A DNA stretch of 52,689 bases, the filler included, from Bipalium vagum (Eukaryota): NCBI GenBank assembly GCA_037834085.1. It is 3 parts of 3 records of this genome, joined end to end, with 100 filler letters (N's around TTAATTAATTAA, not from the genome) between each part and the next. Parts side by side here need not be neighbours in the genome. Positions count along the whole stretch, not along the records: positions 35,102 to 52,689 come from JBBMKC010054132.1; 2 more parts are not named here. One strand, given 5' to 3'. How positions within the stretch are numbered: the stretch's first letter is position 1; every line of letters begins with the position of its first letter. This document shows, in pieces, positions 35,219 through 52,689 of this stretch. A model generated the notes under the pieces. It was not told the origin of the DNA, did no database searches, and was given only the letters and a program-made list of their open reading frames with translations. The position numbers and the translations under genes are program-made.

Positions 35219-35870
35219 TTGAAATTTATATCACAAAGAGGTATTGAACAGGATCCAGAAATTATTGAAAAGGTAAAAAATGCATTGGTTCCAAAAACCA
35301 GTAAACAAGTTCAAATATTTCTTGGTTTAGCAAATTATTACCGAAGATTTGTTAAGAACTTTGAGAAAATCAATAACTTTGAGAAAATCAATAACTTTGA
35401 GCCTTTCAATAAAAAAATTATTTAAAAGGAACAAGATATCTTTTGAGGATTTAAAAACTTCCCTCATTTCGTCACCAATCCTGCGATATCCCGATCCAAA
35501 AAGATAACTTGAATTAATGTGCGACACGAGCGGAATTGCCACCGGAGCAGTCTGCAGACAAACAGATGAATGTGGTTGTGACTATGTCATAGCACACTCC
35601 CGGATAAGTCTCAAACGCACGAGAATCATTACACAGGCATTGAATTAGAATGTTTATCAATCATTTTTGGTGTAACAAAATTCCAAACTCATTAATGGGG
35701 TTGAGAATTCGTTGTATACACATACTATAATTCATTGGCATATTTGGGAAAACACCCACATATATCTTCTCGTTTCATTCGCTGGGTATGAAAGTTGCAG
35801 GAATACAATTATAAAATTATTTATCGAAAAGGCAAAGCTGACCCTAAAGCAGACGCTTTGTCCAAATGCC
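35219..35870 (+). mobile_element. Ty3/Gypsy pol relic (RT thumb/connection and RNase H)
   Basis: FLGLANYYRRFVKNF, PILRYPD, CDTSGIATGAV, ELECLSIIFGV and IYRKGK...ADALS, with stops and frameshifts. Confidence 0.9.
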
Positions 35871-36779
35871 TGAATTTGTCTCTTATACAATTTACAAGAT
35901 ATAATTAATAAAATAATATAAATCAGGATCCCAAAGTTCAAAAACTTTAATACTCATGAACTATAACAGTTCTATTAGGATATCAGTAAATCTTACATTT
36001 TTCCGAACCGATATATGGTATGCATATATTAAAAAATATAAAATATAATTCAATGCTAAGACTTAAGTTCATAGAAAAAATATTAAAAAATTAATAAAGA
36101 AAAAAGAAATAATATCAAAAGACAAAAATAAGTTTTATAATATACATATAATTTAAAATATATAACATCGAACTATTGGATATTTTCGGGTATACTTATA
36201 CACTTTAGTGTACCTCAAAATATCCAAAAGTTAGTTCGACCATATAATCATGACGTAAGCCTTCAGTCTATGACATATATCGCTCTAAGGCTGTATTTTT
36301 TCGAGATCGGCCGTTTGAAACAGTGCAATAGGTCGAACAGGTTTGTTGTGAATTTCGATTCCCAAAACTACAGAACGGTTTTCTCATCAAATTCAACAAT
36401 TAGCAGGAAGATGCCTTAAAGTTATTTTATTTCGAAGATTAATCATCTTTTGTTCTTCTTTTATGTACATTTAAATCAATATTGTTTTATGGGAAAAGAT
36501 TTAACACATCCTAATAATCCATGAAAAATAAATACAGCCTCTCTCATTTTATAATTTCCTTTAATTTGAGAAAACTTTATTTTCAGGTTCCTTGATTTTC
36601 ATCTTGGATATGCTTCCATTAAGATACACCCCTTTAAGATTCTCAGTTTCGGATTAACCTCTTACTAGAAACCGTCCTAACTGTTTTTGAGATTTTACAT
36701 TTTTTTCATTTCACGTTCTCTATGCTTTAACTATTTCCTTAACTATTTTCATTTTTACATATATCATAGTCTATCAATC

Positions 36780-37826
36780 AAAAATTTTTTGGGGTATTAA
36801 GGGTCCCGATCAATGCTGAAAATATGTATTTTGGTAAATAAATGAAATTTCCAAATTCTTGGATAACCCAATAATTGTTTTTTATTTTCTGGTTTCAATT
36901 CTTCTTTGTCTTCAAGTAGTTTTTCATTAGCTCTTGCAAGACCTAATCTGAAAGCTACCTTTATATAATTATACTTTATATAATTATACTTTCATAATTA
37001 ATTTTATTGTCAGTCTTTCAAGTTTTTTTCTTGCTGTTGGATTTTGAATATTGTTCATTTCAAGAATCATTTCATCATATCATCAGCAGCATGACTGTCT
37101 TGTAAATCTGTTGACATATATCTTACATCATGTTTCATTGCATCTGAATCAATTTAGTTTATTGGAATGGAATCAGGTTTTTGAATTAGAGGAACATTTT
37201 GATTTTCTAAAACTTCTTTATAATTTTCTAAAAATTTATCAATATTTGTTCCTAGACCGGTATTTTTGTGTTTTTTCCGGCACAGCGTTTGCTTTATTAA
37301 CAATGTCTAAGGATTTTAAATGTCATTCTCCTGGATATTTTCTGGTTTTAAATTTATTTAAAAATGTATTACTTGTAATAACTGATTGGATGTGACCTGT
37401 TTTTTAAAAAAAATTGAATGTTTTTCTTTTATTTTTTCATTAATACTTTTATTAGTACTACTTTTTTAATGTACGTTTGTATTTAAATGTTTACTCTATA
37501 TATTGATATACTTTTATTGAAAATTTTACAAAAATATTTTTCATTCATTTTTTTTAAAAAAATGATAGATTTATGAGTAAGTGTTACAATTGAAATTTAT
37601 AAAAAAAATAATTGATAAATTGCAAAATCAATCATGAAAAGTCAATAAACAGTAAAAAGTTTAGAATATAAAAATTGAAATTTAAAAAAAAATGATAATA
37701 GTGGGAAAAATAAGATTTGAAACCAGTATTCCAAATTCCATGTTCGATATTCAATATTATGGTATTCATAAAACTGAAAAAAATCAAAACAAAATTTGGT
37801 TTATTCGATATTCAAGTGTTGGCTTC
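36780..37826 (-). mobile_element. second Polinton/adintovirus-like PLA2-module relic
   Basis: PDSIPIN*IDSDAMKHDVRY..DLQDSHAAD...EMNNIQNPT...KEELKPE; colinear with 15165-16320 including the upstream non-coding tract. Confidence 0.75.
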
Positions 37827-38330
37827 AACTGTTACTTTTCCCACTATTTATGTATATATGTGCCATGTGCATAACTGGTTGGAAAAATGTATGATTGTAC
37901 CTTTCATGGGAGGTTCTTCTAATCAATATTTTATTTAAGAAAGAATGTGAATAAAATATGCACTCGTCCGTAAATACAACAGCTTCCCATTTATCTGCAT
38001 CCCAATTGCTAAAAGCCATGGCCGAGGCAACTCTTTTCATATGTTGCTTTAATTTTATAAATGATTTCTGAATTGATGAATAGCTTCTTAAAACGTACTT
38101 TTTGATAAATTCTTTTTAACAGTACAGACAGAAATCCTTTGGATATCATTAGTGTTGTACATACAAGTTATTTTGTTTACAGATAATAAGTGATTGCTCT
38201 GGAAAATGCGTTTTATGGGTGGTCTGCCATTTTTCATCTTATCTGTAGTACGGATCCAGTTTCCCAATATTTCATTCACAGATATTGAATTCTACGCTTT
38301 GTCACAACCATTCTATAATTCTCACTTAAT
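37827..38330 (-). mobile_element. Tc1-like 5' fragment
   Basis: KNGRPP and WEAVVFTDECIF motifs. Confidence 0.7.
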
Positions 38331-38853
38331 TCACAATCTATTTCTGACTAGGATTTTCCATTTTTTTGTAATAAAATTATAACATTTTTTGAAACTCTGA
38401 CAATTTTCTATCTGTTATATTTCTCTAAAAATATGTAATTCTACATTATTTTATACATATATATAATTGAAAATTATCATAATAACTTAAATTATTTAAA
38501 CAAATCTTTTAAACTATATATATATATTACAATTTTTATTTCTTATAGGGGATGAACAGACTTCTTACGAGAACTGTAATTAATTACATCTGAAAATAGT
38601 ATTTATCACATTTATGTATTATTATTCATATTTAAATTGTGACGGCTTTTGGCAGATTCCAAAAATTAATTCACGCACCTAATAGCAAAATCTTAAAATA
38701 TCTGCGAAAGTTATTTTCAATTGGTGTGAATTGAATGTAAATAATTAGCAAATAAATTTTGATTGAAAAATATAATTGGCCAAAAGGCATTCCCAAATAA
38801 TGTTCCCCTCGTAGTAATATAAATAATAGAGTTTATTTTAGCCTAACCAAAAT

Positions 38854-39775
38854 ATGATTTATATAATTTATTTTATTTTGATCACAATAATTGATGCTTC
38901 TGGAGTTTACAAAACGGCCAACTCCTGTGCTTTCAATATCTTGAAATCGTACACTTTACCATCTAAAATAAAATGCGCTTTAAAATGTGACTTGGCTGCC
39001 TGCAAGGCCTTTCACTATCAAGCCAATACATTTCACTGTGATCTTTACGGTTTCAGAGAGATATGTCTGTCCAACACATTTTGTACGAATATTTCCATAT
39101 TTATTAATGATAGATACAATGATCTGGTATGGGTTCTTTTTTTAATATTTTTATTTATTCATTTCTATTTTTTAGTTTACCTCCGATAATACAAATTTTA
39201 GATTTCGAATTCTAAAGAATATTAACTACCAATATGCTCAGGGGACTCCATCGGCTTATAACATCATCAATTCTCAACAAGCAATACCAATATATAATAG
39301 CAATAACAATTTCAACATCATGATAATGGGGACCTATGAAAATAGTAGACTGCTTGCCCTACCAAAATATGAGCTTGTTACATATTTTGACGACAAGATT
39401 CCTCAGTATGAACCATGGGTAAATAACATCGTGGCGACCTTGACGAATGAGCTGTGCACTAATTATAATAATTGCTACCATTCCATAAACCAGTTTAAAA
39501 AGGCTATCGGGAAACACGACCAAGTTATCGGAATAACGTCTTTCTCAAAGTTTAGTTTTTCGGACGTGGCTCCTCACATACGAAATAGTACTTGGCATTT
39601 TATTATTTCAGGATCATTTTGGGCAAATACTGTCTTCAATGCCACGCAAAAATTAATAAATCTTTTCGGCATTTGCATAACAAAGGATTATGATGATGAT
39701 AATTTTGATGTCCGCGGAAACGTATGTCTAAATCTTACGATAACGAAATCTTTGACCTGTGCCCCAGGATTGTGA
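38854..39775 (+). CDS. secreted PAN/apple-domain protein with unassigned C-terminal domain (paralog B, 290 aa, exons 38854-39126 and 39176-39775)
   Basis: Signal peptide, SKIKCALKCDLAACKAFHY....HCDLY, and a 49-nt phase-0 intron at the same codon as in paralog A. Confidence 0.8.
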
Positions 39776-39997
39776 ACTCGTTCATGAAACCTATAAAACA
39801 TTATTGTGCACTAATTCCTTAATCAATTTTGTCAGTAAATATTTCTCTACAAACAGCTTTTATCAAAATATATAAAGTTTTACTTTTATATTATAAAAAT
39901 AATATAATTTGATATCTTCCGAATATATACGAGATGCATAAAAATCTTTTTAAATAAAATTATCCACTTTAATATCATAATAATATATAAATATTAT

Positions 39998-40542
39998 GTC
40001 TCAAAAAATGTATACACACTTAAAATAATTATGAATCAGAAGTTTAATTAGTGTATTTGATATGGCAGATCAAAGTTCGGTGTACAGAATCTTTTGAGAT
40101 TCCTAGGTGCTTGTCTCATAAATGATTGTGGACTTCGATTAAACAATTTCAGTATTCTCTCTTCCTTTGTGGTACTTGTCGATATTCTCTGTTTTCCAGA
40201 ACGATTCTTGATGAAATTTTTAATAGCTCCATCTTTTTCGAATTTATCCATTATTCGACTGATTGTCAGTCTAATAGAAGGATCTATCTGAAATTCTTTC
40301 TTGAACACGGGCTGTATTTCTTTAATGTTTTCAAACTTGAAGTTATTTTTGATAAAAAAAATTTCGCTGCTCAAAGTTAAACCTACCTTTCATGATTCAA
40401 CCTCTAAGAATAAATTTATAGGTTTAAAATTGCGGTCATTTCTTACTAGTTATTGGAGTAGTTAAACAAACTATAAGACAAGTAATAAAGACTTATAATT
40501 ACTTAACGATTTATATTTAAAGTGTGTATACTTTTTGAGTCA
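39998..40542 (-). mobile_element. internally deleted Tc1-like element with TIRs
   Basis: Inverted repeats ctcaaaaaatgtatacacact / agtgtgtatactttttgag; retains an N-terminal HTH coding remnant (TISRIMDKFEKDG...RSG). Confidence 0.8.
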
Positions 40543-41309
40543 AATATAAAAATTAAAAGTAAAAAATTAAAGAATTTTTCCTAATTAATAATATTCCTCA
40601 AATTTGTAAATTTATTTTTATAATTTATAAATTTTTATAATTAGGATTTATTTTTTAATATTTATATATTATAATTTATAAAATTTATTATTTAGCTTTA
40701 TAAATTTATAGAATTAATCCTGAACTTTATTTATTGTATTTTGGTCACCCTACATATTATACATTGTAGGTTTGAGCTTTATTTAACACTGTCAAATAGA
40801 ACCATTGACATTCACAATAATTTTAATAAAAAGTGTATAATATTTCAATTATTCATCATTCTGAGGCCAGGGTAGGATTTGCGTCTTCTGGTAAATGAAT
40901 ATATTTGTTGGGTCACCGAAGGCACGAATTTAGAAGTCGTCCATAAGTGGTAGAGATTATTTTTATTACAGTAAGGGAAACAATTCCGAAGGAGAGATGC
41001 ATTTGACTATAGGTTTGTATTGTTGTAACGAGATATTACACTGTTTTGAAAAAAATTCAAATTTGACAAAGAAACGTAGGCCTTTGCTATTGTTATTGGT
41101 TTTGGATAGATAACTGATCCTATAAAGTTCGAACGTTTAAAAGTCACAGAAAGTTTTCTAGCTCATGATCCAGGGATCAGTAGATTTCTTGTGTTACAAG
41201 GTAATTCTGTTGATCTATATATCGTTTGTTTTCTTTTACCTTTTGAATCATTTAATACTTCATTTGACAAATCACTAATTGATATCAAGTGCATATATGA
41301 TTAGCTATT

Positions 41310-42290
41310 ACAAAGGGGTCTATAAAAATGTACTTGAAGAATGCATAATAGTAATATATGTACATACTATAATAATAACTGGTACAAACGGGTACTTTTA
41401 CCTGTACAAATATGAAATGTCAAATTGAAATTTAACAAGCATTGTGGGAAAATGTTTACAAGACACTGAACACTCCAAGACGCCAAAGTTTTGCGAGCTT
41501 CATAGATACTTTCGCTAAATCATGCTGAATGGCCTTCAAGTCGAGCTTTTGATTGACTTTTTAATCCTCATTTTCAATGAACGCACGGTTGATGCTTCCC
41601 ATCCATCTCTATATATGTTTGATTTCAGTTAGATTCATACGTTTTCAATTTGTCTTCCTTGAGGAATATTTGGATGGTTAGACAATTTATCAATGAAAAG
41701 TATATTTTCAACTTCAAGCAGGTCTGTGGTTACCTATGCTTAGTGTGCACTTGCTCCATCTGGCCATAAAATGAAATCGGCATCGTTGTGCAATTTCTTG
41801 ATGAAAGGCAATAATCGAGCTTTAAGACAATGTTTGATGTATTTCTCAGCATTTATAGAAGGTACCGCTGAGTGGAAATACGGTTCACTAATTCCTCGTG
41901 GTGAAACTGTCAGCCAGACAGTAAGTCTCTGTGGAAACTTCTTTTGACTTGCATATTTGACCTCCGCAGGTGCAGTCGAGTAATACAACGTATAAAATCT
42001 GTTATTACCGGATAGCCGATCATTTTTCAAAGGGAAATATGATTCATATTTCATGATTATTATCTTCTTTCTCAAATTTTTTGCAAGTGTTTTAGAACGC
42101 TCTTGAGCTAGTATTGACTGTTCAGGGGTATATAGAAGTGCTTTGGTACAACTTCGACATATCGCTCCCATACTCTTGAGTTCTCTGTTGATTGTAGATT
42201 TACCTACTTTAAATCTATATGTAAGTCTACTAGAAGACACTTGAAGTTGATAATCATTCGTCTTTTTGTTAGATCTCCCCACTTTCTGGC
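41310..42290 (-). mobile_element. Tc1-like transposase relic
   Basis: ORF 41740-42282 with KFPQRLTVW, INAEKYIKHCL and WPDGASAH, followed by NHPNIPQ.RQIEN. Confidence 0.85.
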
Positions 42291-42299
42291 CAGGATAAC

Positions 42300-42850
42300 A
42301 TCACACCTTGCGACAAACATAGAGAATTATAAAACAATTTCGTTATGCAAGAGAAAATTCTTTTGATCTTCAAGAAGGCTCTGAAAAGCCATTCAAAGAG
42401 AGAAAGCAAGAAAATATTGATATTGTGAAGAGCTTAGTGAACAATGACCCAACTCTAAACAAAAATGTGCTGGTCAAAATAACTGGTTTTTCCCGTTCGT
42501 CTGTCATTTGGATTTTAAAAAATGATTTGCGGAAGACTAATGTGTGTTCTTGCTGGATCCCACACAAGTTGAACAATAAACAGAAGCGAGTAGAAGATGC
42601 CCATCGACGAATCGCAAAACAACGATACGGTCAACAACAACAAGTGGCTTTATTACGACTCATTTCCACCAAAAGAATCGAATCGCATATGGGTTGAAGA
42701 TGGTGGTGATCGTGCACACCCATCTCGGTGTACAATATCTCAAAAGGAGAACCTCATAATCGTTGCTATGACCTTCAATAAAGATCATTATATGGAAATA
42801 TTGGATCCTGGCGAATCAATGGTGATCATTTTGTATTCGATTCATTAATA
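42300..42850 (+). mobile_element. mariner fragment
   Basis: ILKNDLRKTNVCSCWIPHKL (WVPHEL motif) and KWLYY. Confidence 0.75.
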
Positions 42851-43644
42851 CACGTGATATTTGCTTTTCGACTACTGATAGTCATTTTAAACTGCTAACA
42901 TTTTCTGTATTTCTGTTTTAATTTGTATTGCCATACTAATAAGCATTGTTGTTGTTCCCACTGATTTTGTTTTAAAAACTATTAGTAAGGGAGTTAGATT
43001 GTAGCTTGTATTATATCGTTAACTTTATCATCAGAGCACAAAGATTTAATACATCAATATATCAATTTTATCCATGACCAAATTAGACCATAAAATGGAC
43101 CAGGTCAAATTAACTTTAATTATCATACCCTGAATAAGCTATTGAATTTATTAACGAAAGTCTTGACATTTCTAAAATGTATTTCCCCTAATTTAGCTCT
43201 ATTAATCAAACAATTAATTAAATAATTTGATTACCTTAAATAAATAATACATTTGAAAGATGATTTTATCACGCTAAACCTAAAAATTTAATATCTCTGC
43301 TATGTCAAATGAGGAGTGACACTATTGTCTTACTTTTATTGTTAACAACTTGCTAGACGAAATATAAATGATAACAATAGAGTCTGTTCTCTTCCAAATA
43401 TTTGATAAATTTATTGTCTTCGATATTATCACGAAATCTTATTCAGTTCATCTTAAAAGATATTCCAGGTCATTTCTATCATCTTTCAAATATAACCAAA
43501 TGACAGAAAATTATTTTTATTTTTTCCGTTAATACTTTTAAATTATTAATAAATATTTGTAGAATGACGTTTCCGAAATAAAATATTGAGAAACTATTAG
43601 GTTGGGCCTTACGTTCTGCATCTTATTTCAGATAAAACAATTCA

Positions 43645-43692
<48 letters not shown>

Positions 43693-43745
43693 GATTATTA
43701 TTAATTATTATTATTAATTATTATTATTAATTAATAATTAATAAT
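43645..43745. repeat. (ATT)n microsatellite
   Basis: Direct reading; similar tracts at 423-490 and 47815-47955. Confidence 0.9.
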
Positions 43746-44179
43746 ATAGTTTAATTATTAATCTCAACACAGAGTAATGTCTTTTTTATAATTTATATTC
43801 AATCAATTTATATATTACATAAATAAATACTTTATATTTATATTATTTATTTCCAATATATTTTACTGTTTTTCATCAATTAAACTAAAAATGTTAAAAT
43901 TAGTATCTAATTACAATATATTATTTAAACAAAAGTATTAAAATATTTAATAAAGGTTAATTTTTTAAAAGGTTAATTAATTTAAATATTTAAGAAGTGC
44001 TGAATTTTCAAAGTAAAAAGGTTTTTAGTTAGAAGAGGTGGTGTATTATAAGTGTGCATATTTATAAGTCTTCAAAGTAACAGGTTTCACTGTATATCAT
44101 TTGTTTTTTAGAGACTTTATGAAAGAGATTTTATTCTTATTAATAAATATTTATTTGGTAATTCGATGATTGTGTATTA

Positions 44180-44600
44180 AATCAATAGGTATGACAAACA
44201 AAATGGAGAATGAAGATCACGTATGATATCGTAATATTTATCAATTTTATTATGGTAAACGGAATCCGAGGCTGCGAAATAAGTTGATCAAAATTATCCA
44301 GATACAGTTGATGTTAGAAAATGTCAGAAATGGATTTCACGATTCAAAGTCGGAAATTTTTATTTGGCAGAACCTTCTATATATAGTGGGTATATATCTA
44401 GCTGTAGATACCGATGTTGTACAGGTATGTATTGAAAATATCTATATCAAACACTGGTTGGAAAGAGTTTGCAATTGGGAATCACTAGGTAAATAATCTG
44501 TTGACATTTAAAGAAGATAGAATCAAGACAAAAATATGTAAGCTTCACGAACTTACCGATGGACAAAAAAGTAGCTCGTTCAAAAACATCCATATTCTTA
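44180..44600 (+). mobile_element. mariner 5' relic
   Basis: CQKWISRFKVGNF.L.E..Y.G pattern of the mariner HTH region. Confidence 0.6.
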
Positions 44601-45455
44601 TTAGGTAGTTCAGTGGTTCTCAAACCAAAGTGTCTAAAAATTAATACATAATCAAACTCAAGTTGCAAACCAAAACCAAACGAAACATCTTGTTTTCAAA
44701 TATTACGTTTCCATTCTGGGAAAACCTTAACAATACTTAGTAATATACTTATTGCTATTAGAAAATTATCATCCTTTTATTTTTCGTGGTTCGAAAAAGG
44801 TAATTTCGCTACTATTTTTGTCATTATCCACGAATTCCCTATGGTGTCCACTCTGTGCAAATCCAGGCAGGTTTTTAAAAATCTGATTTATAGCTCGTTA
44901 CTTTCTTTCAAATTAAATTGAAAAAATTCTCATTCATTTGAAAATCACTGTGTTAAGACTATTTTTGTAAGTGTAACTAACTTCTTGAAGCCACTTAAAA
45001 TTTATGTTTTAGATTAAGAATTCTAGGACCCGTTCTTAGAGTTACATTAAGATTGTCTATAAATATTATTTTATATTTAATAATAACTTTGTTAATTAAG
45101 ATACTTTATATCCATTTCACTAAAACTTGTTTATATTTATCAAATCATTTCTTCGAATAATAATAACTGTTTAGAATTTTTTTTAATATTAATGAAAAAA
45201 TTAAAATTAAAAATAATCATCTTTAACATGACGAAAATAAAAAAATCAAAGTTGACCTGAAAAAGACCTAAAACTATTAGAAAATATCTCAGAATTAACA
45301 GAAATAAGAACACTTAATAAAAAACTTAATCAATAACAAAATTGTGAGTATATCTCGCTTAATTTTTCTTACTTTGTATAATAATGTCTGAGATGTAAAA
45401 ATATATTAAAAACTGAAAAACAAATCGAAAGAATTTATTAAAATAACTTTCCGTC

Positions 45456-52270
<6,815 letters not shown>

Positions 52271-52689
52271 TCATTTGGATCAATAAAAATGTAATTAACA
52301 GTACGTAACAGAAAAAGTGGAACGGATCAGTGAACAAGCTTCGTCTTGATTACCAGATAGATGTGTAATGTTCTCTGAAAGCTCGAATCAGTTGGATACT
52401 GCACAAAGTTCGTCACTCCCGAAAGAAATCTGTCTTTACAACAAAGTGTGAACATAAATATTCGTTCAAAGTCACTAGGACTCGACACAATCAGGATTCA
52501 TAAATAAGACGCATTAGAATATATAAGGCGAACTGTCGATTTTTAGCAAACATAAGGATTATAGATTCGCCATATAGAGCGAAAAATACGCTATATAAAT
52601 TATAATCTAACAATTAAAATACAGCACTTACAATTAAATCTTAAGTAATTAATGTAAATATTATAATATTATAAAAGACAAAGTAAATG

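Noticed and set aside
42980-43480. Possible non-LTR reverse transcriptase relic (SDD-like motif); similar weak Penelope traces at 12490-12720 and 52330-52500
   Set aside because: Only isolated degenerate motifs; not enough to list as features.

Overview
Very AT-rich eukaryotic (animal) genomic DNA made of three ~17.5 kb pieces (1-17496, 17597-35001, 35102-52689) joined by artificial 100-bp N44-TTAATTAATTAA-N44 linkers. Adjacency across the linkers is not biological evidence. Host genes have many tiny (35-70 nt) introns plus a few transposon-filled ones: a 15-exon meiotic HORMAD/Hop1 with PHD and winged-helix domains, a complete 7-exon ERCC8/CSA, the 5' part of a calumenin/reticulocalbin gene and the 3' part of a secretory-pathway Ca2+-ATPase (ATP2C/SPCA). 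The ORF track only partly shows two further items: a 3-exon prepro-peptide gene with a calcitonin-like disulfide-ring peptide, and two paralogous secreted PAN/apple proteins sharing an unassigned C-terminal domain. The rest is decayed mobile DNA: many Tc1/mariner/pogo relics (one cleanly nested), Gypsy, Penelope and LTR-like fragments. Each piece also has remnants of a Polinton/adintovirus-like endogenous virus (minor capsid, packaging ATPase, major capsid, giant-virus-type HNH, integrase, two PLA2 modules) with a shared start-codon motif and GCGAAGC mini-hairpins. All calls were made by eye and from recalled family motifs; no searches were run.
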